A stretch of DNA of 64,000 nucleotides from Acidobacteriota bacterium (GTDB lineage: Bacteria; Acidobacteriota; Thermoanaerobaculia; Thermoanaerobaculales; Thermoanaerobaculaceae): the NCBI GenBank assembly GCA_003158745.1, contig PMLC01000163.1, forward strand, positions 24,080 through 88,079. Reading direction: 5' to 3'. This document shows, piece after piece, positions 55,838 to 64,000 of this stretch. How positions within the stretch are numbered: the stretch's first letter is position 1; the number at the start of each line of letters is the position of its first letter. Under the pieces are notes generated by a model. The model was not told the origin of the DNA. It saw nothing but the letters and a program-made list of their open reading frames with translations, and ran no database searches. The position numbers and the translations under genes were made by a program.

Positions 55838-56563
55838 CTACGCGCCCAGTCCCCCATCCACCCGCAGCGTGATGCCGGTCAGGTACGACGCTCCTTCGGA
55901 GAGAAGGAACGAGACGGCCGACGCGACCTCGGACGGCTCGCCGAAACGCTGCAGCGGCACATTTGCCACTGCGCGGGCCCGCCGAGCCTCGCTGAGCGCC
56001 GCCACGAGATCGGTGGCGATCCAGCCGGGAACTACGGTGTTGACCGTGATGCCGTAGCGGCCCACCTCGCGCGCGAGCGCCTTCCCGAACGAGTGGAGCC
56101 CACCCTTGGCAGCGGCGTAGTTTGCCTGGCCTGCTTGACCCAGCACGCCAGCCAGGGAACCGACGTTCACGATCCGCCCGCTGGACGCATGAACCATCGG
56201 GCGGAGCAAGGATCGCGTGAGGCGGTAGGCGGCGGTCAGGACCGTCTCGAGCACCAACTCCCATCGGCCCTCGTCCATCAGGAGGAAGTGTCCGTCGCGG
56301 AGAACGGCCGCGTTGTTGACGAGGGCGTATACACCGCCCTCGGCCAGGTTGCTCACGACCGCATCAATCGCTGCCCCGTCAGTGATGTCGCACCGGTGCG
56401 CCACCGCCACTCCTCGTTCGGCGGCCACCGTCCTCACGACATCGTCCGCAGCGTCGTCGCGGCACCGGTAGAGAAAATGCACCTCGTAGCCGTCTCGAGC
56501 CAGCCTCTCGACTATTGCGCGGCCGATTCCCCGCGAGCCCCCACTTACCACGACCTTCAGCAT
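55838..56563 (-). CDS. Short-chain dehydrogenase, 3-oxoacyl-ACP reductase (FabG)-like
   Basis: ORF trimmed to ATG 56561-56563. VSGGSRGIGRAI, NNAA, S...YAAAK, PGWIATD. Confidence 0.8.
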   Translation of the reverse strand: MLKVVVSGGSRGIGRAIVERLARDGYEVHFLYRCRDDAADDVVRTVAAERGVAVAHRCDITDGAAIDAVVSNLAEGGVYALVNNAAVLRDGHFLLMDEGRWELVLETVLTAAYRLTRSLLRPMVHASSGRIVNVGSLAGVLGQAGQANYAAAKGGLHSFGKALAREVGRYGITVNTVVPGWIATDLVAALSEARRARAVANVPLQRFGEPSEVASAVSFLLSEGASYLTGITLRVDGGLGA

Positions 56564-57070
56564 CGACTCGCCGCTCCCCTGCGCCGTCCGGCCTGACAGA
56601 CCGGGGAAGGCTCGACGGCGGTCACACCTGGTCTGACTCGACCGACAGCCCGCGCCTGGTTGCTTCCCGGACTGAGCTCGACGAGTCGCTCGAACCCATC
56701 GGCAAGGGGTGCCGAAAGGGCGCGGTGGAACCGTTGTAGGTGCTGCACGAGAACCTCCCAACCCTTCGTCGAGGGCGTCAAACGGCTTCCGTAGATCTCA
56801 GAGTAAACCCGATTTTGAAGCGGCCGCAAACCTCCGATCAACGCACGGCCCCCTTCAGCATCGCGGCGACGGGTCCCCTCAGAGCGGTTTTGAGCGACCA
56901 GCGGATTGCGATATCCCCTCGCCGATTCCAGGAGGGCACGCCAGGACCGCCGAACCGCTAGGTGCAATGGCCGAGCCGGTATCGCTCCTTTTGAGCAGCC
57001 TCTCGGGGCCATGGCAGTCGAATCGTGCCTCCGTCGCTGCGCGTAGCAGAACCCTCGCGAATGGTGCAGC

Positions 57071-57826
57071 CTACAGGGCGACGATAGGCAAGGGCTCTCG
57101 CACCTGCGGGAGGCTCACGAGCTTCCTCCAGGCATTCGGGCCGGGATCGGTTCGGAGGTCCCCCTCATCGACCTTGAAACGCGCCGCCGAAAGCACGATA
57201 TGCGCAGTGTCCCTGACCGGCCGGTAATGCGAAGCCGCGCCCTCGTAGATGACCCGGACCGGAACGTGCGCGAAGCGCGCACGCAGCTTTCCGGCGCGTA
57301 TGATGATCTCCGTGTCGATCGAGTAGCGGGTGCCGACTAGGCCCATGCGCCGGAGGATTGCGCACGAAATCAACCGGTACCCGCACTGGGAATCCTCGAG
57401 CGGGAAGCCGGTCATCAGTTGCAGCGCCCTGGTACCGATGAAGTTCGTCCAGAACCTCTTGGCAGGAATCGCGGACGGATTCCAGAGCCGGTTGCCGAGC
57501 ACAAAGTCGGCCTCCTCCGCTGCCCGGAGGAAATGCGGCGCGTCTTCGGGATCGTGCTGTCCGTCGGCGTCGAGCATCAGTATGTGCGAGTAGGTCTGCC
57601 CCAGCAGAACCGCAAGCCCGGCTCGGATCGCCGGCCCTTTGCCTTGATTCTCCGGGAGCGAGATCAGACGCGCCCCCGCAGAGAGCGCCGCGTCGCCGCT
57701 TCGGTCAGCCGAGCCATCGTCGACGACCAGAACATCCGGCACGTAGTGCCTGATGCCTCGGACGACGGCCGGAACACGGTCGGCACAGTTGTAGGCGGGG
57801 ATCAGGGCGGCGATCGTGAGCATCAC
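57071..57826 (-). CDS. Glycosyltransferase family 2
   Basis: IPAYNCADRV, VVDDGSADRS, LDADGQH, QCGYR. Start is GTG 57826 or ATG 57823. Confidence 0.8.
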   Translation of the reverse strand: MMLTIAALIPAYNCADRVPAVVRGIRHYVPDVLVVDDGSADRSGDAALSAGARLISLPENQGKGPAIRAGLAVLLGQTYSHILMLDADGQHDPEDAPHFLRAAEEADFVLGNRLWNPSAIPAKRFWTNFIGTRALQLMTGFPLEDSQCGYRLISCAILRRMGLVGTRYSIDTEIIIRAGKLRARFAHVPVRVIYEGAASHYRPVRDTAHIVLSAARFKVDEGDLRTDPGPNAWRKLVSLPQVREPLPIVAL

Positions 57827-57860
57827 GGGCGCGAAATCTTACCACCAGATCGCGCGAGCC

Positions 57861-59048
57861 TCACCGGGGAACGGTGCGCTCGTCTGGCGACTTGCTACGC
57901 TCGCCCTGGTAGAGGTCGTAGCGCAGGAGCCGGCACTCGATAGGGCCGTTGAACAGTACGATGCGACGCGAAGCGCGCAGCCCCACCGCCTTCACAAGAG
58001 CCGGGTTCCCGACCAGGAGCCATGCGGTGGCACCCGCTCCTCGCCTTTTGAGGACATCGCCCAACTCCCGGTACAGAGTGGAAAGCTCGCGCGGATTTCC
58101 GAGCCGCTCCCCGTACGGAGGGTTGCTGACGATCATGGCACCCTCGCCCGGCAACTCGAGGTCTCGCACCTCCCTCACGACCGCAACAAGAGCGGTCGAA
58201 ATGCCTGCGGCTTGCGCATTGCGCGTGGTCGCTGCGATTGCCTTCGGGTCGCGATCGCCGGCCACAACCGCCGACGGCGCACTCCTGTGAGCGCTCGACC
58301 ACCTCTCTCTCACGGCCTGGAGGACCGCGAAGTCGTGCTGAGGCCAGCGTTCGCAGGCGAAACGACGGCGGCCGCCCGGCGGTGTCCGCGTTGCGATCAA
58401 CGCCGCTTCGATCGCGATCGTTCCCGTGCCCGCCATCGGGTCTACGAGAGGTCGCGAGCCGTCGTATCCCGCTAGGAGCAGGATCCCCGCGGCAAGCGTC
58501 TCGGACAGAGGTGCCGGCCCTCCCATCGGCCGGTAGCCCCGGTGGGAAAGAGGCTCGCCGGAGCTGTCGAGGGCCAACCCGGCGCGGTCGCGGGCGAGGT
58601 GGACATGGACGACGAGGCCGGGGCTCCCGCGATCGACGTCCGGTCGGACACCCCAGCGAGCCCGAAGACGGTCGGCGATCGCGTCCTTCACGACGAGGGA
58701 TGCGAACGAGCTGTTCGGAAACGCCGTGCCGCGTCCGGCCGACTCGACGGCGAACGTGAGCCCCTTCGAGAAGACCTCCTCCCATGCCACGCTGGACGCC
58801 AACTCGTACAGCTCGTCGCGCGAGGCGGCCGGACCCTCTTCGATCTCACGCAGAACCCGCATCCCTGTTCGAAGCTGCAAGTTCGCCGAGTACACAGCCT
58901 CCATCCCTCCGCGGAATCTCACCATTCCCCGTCCGCTCGTGGCATCGGGGTGGCCGAGCGCCTGGAGCTCGCCCCGCAAGACCTCCTCGAGGCCTCGAGT
59001 GCAGGTGGCGATCAGGGACCAGTCCTGGGTACGAACGCCTCTCTCCAT
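57861..59048 (-). CDS. THUMP-domain SAM-dependent RNA methyltransferase (RlmL N-terminal-type)
   Basis: THUMP-like N-terminus. DPMAGTGTIAIEA SAM motif. NPPYGERLG catalytic motif. TAAGGT ends 6 nt upstream of the ATG. Confidence 0.8.
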   Translation of the reverse strand: MERGVRTQDWSLIATCTRGLEEVLRGELQALGHPDATSGRGMVRFRGGMEAVYSANLQLRTGMRVLREIEEGPAASRDELYELASSVAWEEVFSKGLTFAVESAGRGTAFPNSSFASLVVKDAIADRLRARWGVRPDVDRGSPGLVVHVHLARDRAGLALDSSGEPLSHRGYRPMGGPAPLSETLAAGILLLAGYDGSRPLVDPMAGTGTIAIEAALIATRTPPGGRRRFACERWPQHDFAVLQAVRERWSSAHRSAPSAVVAGDRDPKAIAATTRNAQAAGISTALVAVVREVRDLELPGEGAMIVSNPPYGERLGNPRELSTLYRELGDVLKRRGAGATAWLLVGNPALVKAVGLRASRRIVLFNGPIECRLLRYDLYQGERSKSPDERTVPR

Positions 59049-59163
59049 CGAGACACCTTACCGCATGCACCAGCCGTTCGTCGGGTTCCACCGTCTTGGC
59101 CGGGACCGCATCGACTGTGGCCGCTGTGAAGTCGAGCGAGCATGACGGCAAGACATCTGATCC

Positions 59164-59616
59164 CTATCGCACGGGCAGTTTATGCGTCCTGCACGAGAGC
59201 GGGTGCCACTCGTAGACCATGCACGCCCCTTTCTCCGGGTCGAGCGAAGAACACGCCACGTCGGCGAACCGGGCGAAGAACTCTACCCGAGCGATCTCGT
59301 CGGCCGAGAGTACGCCGATGGCCGATCCTCGGGAAACACGGCAGCCATTTGCCACCACTGCTTCCCATCGGCCTCGCAGATTGTGGACCTCGCGCCGGGG
59401 TCCTTCGGATCAGCTCGGTCAGCCCACGGCGGAGCCCGGCGGCGTCCAGCCCCGGGATGTCGAACAGGCCGATGCAGCACGACGTGCAACCCAGGCGGCA
59501 TGTCTTTCACCCTCGCGCAGCGCGGCGTCGACGGCATTGACCATTTCCCCGTCGGCAGCCACGATCACCGGGGCAAAGCCCACAGTACATGCCTCGTGAC
59601 GGCTCTCCCGTATCAA
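59164..59616 (-). pseudogene. Probable frameshifted YkgJ/UPF0153-type (CxxCxxCC) zinc/iron-chelating domain gene
   Basis: TTG 59616 overlaps the rarA stop (TTGA). Frame A is open 59616-59422. CRLGCTSCC lies in a second frame (59506 downward). The C-terminal motif GACMVYEWHPLSCRTH is back in frame A (to 59164). Two compensating shifts are needed. Confidence 0.45.
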
Positions 59617-60953
59617 CTGTCCGAACCGGAGCCGGAACGCTTGCGGCGCGCCATCAGCTCAACCATCCGCTCGCGGATGCGCTTCTCCCATCCTTCTTCG
59701 CTTGGAGCGAAGAACTTCTCGCCGGCCAGCTCCGGCGGGAGGCACGTCATGTCCACTACCTTCTCCTCCGTGTCGTGCGCATAGACGTACCCCTCGCCGT
59801 ATCTCAGCTCCCGCATGAGGCGGGTCGGAGCGTTCCGAAGGTGGAGCGGAACGGGGTACGCCGGCCGGTCCGCGACGGCGCGCTGCACCCGGCAGTAGGC
59901 CGCATATAGGGCGTTCGACTTGGGCGCCAGCGCCAGGTAGACCGTCGCCTGCGCGAGCGCAAGGGCGCATTCGGGCATCCCCACGTGTTCGACCGCATGC
60001 GCCGCCGCCCCGGCCTGTTCGAGGGCTCGCGGGTCCGCCATCCCGACATCCTCGGAGGCAACCCGGAGGAGCCTGCGCGCCATGAAACGCGGGTCCGCGC
60101 CGCCCTCGAGCATGCGCCCGAGCCAGTAGAGCGAGGCATCGACGTCCGAGTTGCGGATCGACTTGTGGAGCGCGGAAATCAGGTTGTAGTGCTCCTCCCC
60201 TTCCTTGTCGTACTTCGCGAGGCGGCGCTGGGCGACCCGGCGCACTTCGTCGATGGTGATCGCCCCTTCCCGGCCCACCGTCTCCGCCGCGACCTCGAGG
60301 AGGTTCAAGGCGACACGCGCGTCCCCGCCGGCGAGGCGGATGATCTCGTCCAGCGCCCCGTCGCCGACCTCGAGCTTCCAGCTGGCGAGGCCGCCTTCCT
60401 CGAATCCGAGCGCGCGTTTCAGCAGGCTTCCGATTTCGGCGTCAGCGAGGGGCTCGAGGACGTAGACCTTCACGCGGGACAACAACGCGGTGTTGATCTC
60501 GAACGAGGGATTCTCCGTGGTCGCACCGACCAACACGACGTCGCCGCTCTCGACGTAAGGCAGGAAGGCATCCTGCTGGGCCTTGTTGAACCTGTGCACC
60601 TCGTCGACGAACAACACTGTGCGCCGGCCGGTACTGGCGCGAAGGCGCCTGGCCGACTCCATCACTGCGCGCGCCTCCTTGACCCCCGAGAGGACAGCAG
60701 AGAAGGTGACGAACTCGGCGTCGCAGGCCCCTGCCAGTACCCGCGCGAGTGTCGTCTTGCCGCTCCCCGGAGGGCCCCAGAAGATCAGGGATGGGAGTTC
60801 TCCGCGCTCAACCAACCGCCGCAGCACACCGTCAGGGCCGACCAGCGCACCCTGCCCCACGACCTCGGCAAGCGAACGCGGCCGCATCCGCTCGGCCAGC
60901 GGGGTCCCCGGCGGGAACTCCCCGCCGTCACCGAAAGGCAGGCGTACGTTCAT
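59613..60953 (-). CDS. rarA: Replication-associated recombination protein A (AAA+ ATPase)
   Basis: GPPGSGKTTLARV, LFVDEVHRFNKAQQD, C-terminal MgsA-type helical domain. Confidence 0.9.
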   Translation of the reverse strand: MNVRLPFGDGGEFPPGTPLAERMRPRSLAEVVGQGALVGPDGVLRRLVERGELPSLIFWGPPGSGKTTLARVLAGACDAEFVTFSAVLSGVKEARAVMESARRLRASTGRRTVLFVDEVHRFNKAQQDAFLPYVESGDVVLVGATTENPSFEINTALLSRVKVYVLEPLADAEIGSLLKRALGFEEGGLASWKLEVGDGALDEIIRLAGGDARVALNLLEVAAETVGREGAITIDEVRRVAQRRLAKYDKEGEEHYNLISALHKSIRNSDVDASLYWLGRMLEGGADPRFMARRLLRVASEDVGMADPRALEQAGAAAHAVEHVGMPECALALAQATVYLALAPKSNALYAAYCRVQRAVADRPAYPVPLHLRNAPTRLMRELRYGEGYVYAHDTEEKVVDMTCLPPELAGEKFFAPSEEGWEKRIRERMVELMARRKRSGSGSDS

Positions 60954-61531
60954 ATCGGCACAATGGAGCCGGAGCGGGCGAGCTCGACGCTCGCGAGTAG
61001 CTCGAGGACCTCAACCCGGCCGAGCGCCTCCCAGAGGTCGTCGCCGGCGCATACAACGCCGTGTTCCAGGAGGATCAAGGCCGGAGCGCGCTGTAGCGCC
61101 CTCCCGCACTCCTCCGCGAGCTCGCGGCTTCCCGGTTGGAGCGATGGGACGACTTCAATCCGCGGAAGGAGCGCGGCGCCTTCGCGGAGCATCCGCGGAT
61201 CGGGAAACCTGCCGAGCGCCGCGAGCCACAGCACCGCCACGGGGTGGGCGTGCACTACCGAGAGCACCTGAGGACAGTTGCGATAGACGGCGAAGTGCAT
61301 CCTCGCTTCGCTCGAGACCCCCGCCTCAGGCGGATTGTGCAGGGAGCACCTTCGGAGATTCTCGGCGAACATGCGCCCCTTGTCCGCGCCGGCGGGGGTG
61401 AGCAATACGTCGCCATCGGCCAGCCTGCACGAGAGGTTACCTTCTCGCCCCCGGACCAAGCCGCGCCTCGCGAGGGTGCCCCCAACCGCCACCATCTCGG
61501 CGCGCCGCAATGCTTCTGTGCAGATCGCCAC
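60950..61531 (-). CDS. Class II aldolase/adducin family protein
   Basis: GNLSCRL...LLTPAG..K, HAHPV metal-ligand region. GTG start. 4-nt overlap with rarA. Confidence 0.7.
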   Translation of the reverse strand: MAICTEALRRAEMVAVGGTLARRGLVRGREGNLSCRLADGDVLLTPAGADKGRMFAENLRRCSLHNPPEAGVSSEARMHFAVYRNCPQVLSVVHAHPVAVLWLAALGRFPDPRMLREGAALLPRIEVVPSLQPGSRELAEECGRALQRAPALILLEHGVVCAGDDLWEALGRVEVLELLASVELARSGSIVPI

Positions 61532-61621
61532 CCTGGTTTCCCCACTTCACCCCGGCTAGAGTCTAGCCTGGACCACTCACAAGGGTCTTGCTGTGACCGT
61601 GCAAACCCTGCCACACAGGGT

Positions 61622-62251
61622 TCACTTCATACGGCGGCCAATCTCACCCTCGAGGCCCGAGAGATCGGGCAGGTTGGGGACCTTTCCCTGCAGTTTCTTC
61701 AGCCTCTCGACCTCTGTATTGGCGCCGGATGCGTCGTTCAGCTCGAAGAGCCTCACGACGGCGGCGTTGTACCTGGACTGCCAGTGATCCGGGTGGAGGT
61801 CTGCGGCCTTGTCGAACAGCTCGACCGCCTTTTGTGGCTTGCCGGTTTCTTTGTAACACACGCCGAGGTCGGTCATGACATCCGACGATTCGTCCTTGAT
61901 GGCCCTCGCGCGCTCGTAGTAGTCAGCCGCCTTGACGAAGTCGTTGAGGTCGTAGTGAGTGTTGCCCATCTGCACGAGGTGGTCGTAGTTGTTGGGGTCC
62001 TTCGCTAGGAGCGCCTCGAGCTCGTGAACCTGCTCGATCAGTCTCGGATTCGCGGTGGCTGCCGTGCGGCCGCCTTCCGGCGGCTTGGCCGGCTGGCTGC
62101 TCAGAGCGGGCGCCTCCGGTATACCTGCGTGCGGGTTCGACTCGGTGGACAAAGGAACCGCCGGCAACTGCTGCCGCTGACCCAGAATGTAGCCCACCAT
62201 GAGGCCGATGAGGATCCCGACCACGGCCGTAGCGATAGGGTTCTTCCACAT
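61622..62251 (-). CDS. Membrane-anchored TPR-repeat protein
   Basis: N-terminal TM segment (IATAVVGILIGLMVGYILG) and three or four TPR-like repeats (GNTHYDLNDFVKAADYYERA...). Confidence 0.7.
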   Translation of the reverse strand: MWKNPIATAVVGILIGLMVGYILGQRQQLPAVPLSTESNPHAGIPEAPALSSQPAKPPEGGRTAATANPRLIEQVHELEALLAKDPNNYDHLVQMGNTHYDLNDFVKAADYYERARAIKDESSDVMTDLGVCYKETGKPQKAVELFDKAADLHPDHWQSRYNAAVVRLFELNDASGANTEVERLKKLQGKVPNLPDLSGLEGEIGRRMK

Positions 62252-62270
62252 CTTGCTTCTCCACCTTCCC

Positions 62271-63005
62271 TCAGGGGCGCACCTCGCGCCTGGCCACCCA
62301 CGTGCCAGATGTCGGCAGGCCCGCCGCCAGGTTTGTCGCGTCCCACGTTCCTTCCAACCGCTTTTCGGTGTCCCGGGTCACGAGCCGTCCCGTATACACC
62401 GCGACAAACCCCTGCTGGCTGTCGATCCGTTCCAGGCGCACGTCGCCGTCGATGAACGTGCCGCGCAGCGAACCCTTCCATCCGCCAGAGAGCTGATACA
62501 CACCGGTGACGATCGTCCCGTCGAGGCGCAGGTCGAAGGCCCCGCTGAAGCTGCCGGGTTCGACCGCCACGATCCAGCGACCCGAGAGGTCGTCGGGTGT
62601 GGCCTGGGTTGCCTCCTCCATCCTGCGGATCTCGGCCAGTACCTGGTCGAGGTAGGCGCGGCGGGCCCCGATGGTGGTCCTGAGCTGCTGGGCCGAGGCG
62701 ACCAGGTCGTTCACCTCGGCCTCGGCGTGCCGCAGATCGGCCGAGCGCGCCGTGAAGCTCCCGAGGTCCTCGCCGTCCTTCTGGGCACGCAGCAGGTCGT
62801 CGCCGAGGCGGACGAGGCGGTCGCACGCGCCCCGAAGCTGGTCCTGGACCCGCTCCATCGTGGCGAGGTCGGCGCCAAGCAGGCGCTTTTCAATGTCGCG
62901 CTGCGCTTTGAACATCTCCAGAACCGGATCGCGTCCCTGGGCGGCGGCCGAACATGCCAGCAGCAGCACCCCGGTCGCGAGTGCAGTGATGTGCTTGTGG
63001 CTCAT
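62271..63005 (-). CDS. Secreted/lipoprotein hypothetical with coiled-coil and C-terminal beta domain
   Basis: ORF trimmed to ATG 63003-63005 (GGGAGAG upstream). LATGVLLLACS lipobox-like segment. Confidence 0.6.
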   Translation of the reverse strand: MSHKHITALATGVLLLACSAAAQGRDPVLEMFKAQRDIEKRLLGADLATMERVQDQLRGACDRLVRLGDDLLRAQKDGEDLGSFTARSADLRHAEAEVNDLVASAQQLRTTIGARRAYLDQVLAEIRRMEEATQATPDDLSGRWIVAVEPGSFSGAFDLRLDGTIVTGVYQLSGGWKGSLRGTFIDGDVRLERIDSQQGFVAVYTGRLVTRDTEKRLEGTWDATNLAAGLPTSGTWVARREVRP

Positions 63006-63194
63006 CGCATGCTCTCCCAAACCGTGCCCATTCCGCTCAAAGCTCTTCGCGCCTGGTTTCCTTTCCGCCGATCCACATCCTGACAAGCATACGAAGGCCG
63101 CCCGGTGAGTATCCAGATCCCCCTCGCCCGAGTTCGCGCGCGAACACTAACACAGATGCCGCCTCTTTCCACGTCCCTTGTATAGAATCACGAG

Positions 63195-63584
63195 ATGATG
63201 ATTCCATCAACGCGCCAGCCCGCAATCCGCGTAAGCCTCCTTCCGCGGGACACCAACCCAAACGGCACTATCTTTGGGGGCGTGATCCTCTCCTACATCG
63301 ACCAGGCAGGAGCGATCGAGGCGCGACTGCACGGGGCGGGACGGGTCGTGACGGTCGCTATGGAGAAGGTCGTCTTCCACGAACCGGTCCACGTCGGCGA
63401 CCTGGCGTCCTTCTACGGCGAACTCGTGCGCCTCGGTCGGACATCGGTCACTGTCAAGGTGGTCGTGGAAGTTACGGGACCCGGCGCGCAACCTCTGGCC
63501 CGCCGCGTGACCGAGGCCGAGATTACCTACGTCAACGTGGACGAGGCCGGACGCCCGGTACCGATCCCGCGCCGGGAGGCCTGA
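63195..63584 (+). CDS. Acyl-CoA thioesterase (YciA-like hotdog)
   Basis: LPRDTNPNGTIFGGVILSYIDQAG...V.F..PV.VGD. TAGAAT ends 6 nt upstream of the ATG and there is no SD. Confidence 0.8.
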   Translation: MMIPSTRQPAIRVSLLPRDTNPNGTIFGGVILSYIDQAGAIEARLHGAGRVVTVAMEKVVFHEPVHVGDLASFYGELVRLGRTSVTVKVVVEVTGPGAQPLARRVTEAEITYVNVDEAGRPVPIPRREA

Positions 63585-63665
63585 CCCCCTCGCAGGTTGT
63601 CTCTCGCTCACTGCGATTTCCAAGTCGCACCGTGACCTGCAAGCTCGGTGGGGATACAATGAGCT

Positions 63666-64000
63666 GTGACCTGGGCCTTCGCGTACTTTGCATGTTTCAT
63701 CGTCGGACTGGTTCTTGCTGCCGTGAGCGGGTTGATCCGGGACCTCCAGTTGCTCGCACGTCCCAACGTCCTCGTCCCGCACTCCCCCAACCGCCTTCTG
63801 TTTATTAACCTCCTCCGACGCCGGTTGGCGGCCGGGTTGATCCTCTCCGGCCTCGTGGGTCTTGTGCTCGCGGTCCAGCGCGGCGTCGGCTCGAGGGACG
63901 GGCTCCTTTGGGCGGTCGCCGCCGGCGTGGTCGGTGTGTTGGCCGCATCCGTGCCGCTTCGTCGCCCCTGCGCTCCAGCACTGAGCAGTCGGTACGCCAC
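63666..64000 (+). CDS. Integral membrane protein, partial (runs off the window)
   Basis: Hand-translated; not in the ORF track. GTG 63666 follows an in-frame TGA. VTWAFAYFACFIVGLVLAAVSGL... has at least three hydrophobic segments. GTGACC-17 nt-TACAAT promoter, with the -10 ending 5 nt before the GTG. Confidence 0.45.
   Translation, partial: MTWAFAYFACFIVGLVLAAVSGLIRDLQLLARPNVLVPHSPNRLLFINLLRRRLAAGLILSGLVGLVLAVQRGVGSRDGLLWAVAAGVVGVLAASVPLRRPCAPALSSRYA

Noticed and set aside
59480-59510. Programmed -1 ribosomal frameshifting to join the two frames of the CxxCxxCC gene.
   Set aside because: There is no X-XXY-YYZ slippery heptamer at the required position (GGGTGAAAGACA), and a second opposite shift would also be needed. 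Decay or indel error is simpler.
1-64000. CRISPR arrays, rRNA genes, IS elements or transposases.
   Set aside because: I saw no regularly spaced short repeats, no rRNA-like sequence and no transposase-like ORF. The only recombinase is the island integrase.
63608-64000. The minus-strand ORF of 130 aa at the right edge.
   Set aside because: Its translation is Arg/Thr/Pro-rich with no motifs. The plus-strand frame encodes clean hydrophobic helices and has a promoter-like GTGACC-17-TACAAT signal.

Overview
High-G+C chromosomal segment from a diderm bacterium: it carries LPS-transport genes, TolC and MtgA. About 70 genes are tightly packed, and many adjacent genes overlap at their stop and start codons. 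Most of the window is housekeeping. This includes dnaE, rocD, parAB, miaB, accA, rarA, rtcB and kdsC. It also includes a long co-directional lptC/A-lptB-rpoN-hpf-ptsN-hprK-rapZ-EIIA(Man)-ptsH-ptsI array. The one clearly accessory region is a 6.6-kb integrative island inserted in the 3' end of tRNA-Phe (about 3.8-10.4 kb). Its ends are a 42-bp exact (49-bp near-exact) direct repeat of the tRNA 3' half. It carries a P4-type tyrosine integrase, repeated arm-type motifs and lower-G+C cargo. The cargo is the best candidate here for an undescribed system. It holds a tandem pair of small PD-(D/E)xK-like paralogs, one with intact and one with ablated catalytic motifs. It also holds a secreted HNH nuclease followed by a membrane-anchored partner, and a secreted SLH-like/beta-helix protein. 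A second window-wide signal is that at least 13 operon-first genes have a TAnnnT -10 hexamer ending 5-8 nt upstream of the start codon and no Shine-Dalgarno, which suggests widespread leaderless transcription. I used this signature to re-call several start codons. Other oddities:
- Three ABC ATPase genes plus tolC lie together with no permease gene.
- LptF and LptG are fused into one protein.
- lptB has no canonical start codon.
- rodZ is flanked by paralogous genes in a phosphatase/J-domain cluster.
- A binding-protein gene overlaps a HAMP/HD-GYP gene by ATGA.
- A Cys-motif gene appears broken by two frameshifts.
All family assignments come from motif recognition by eye. No database search was run.
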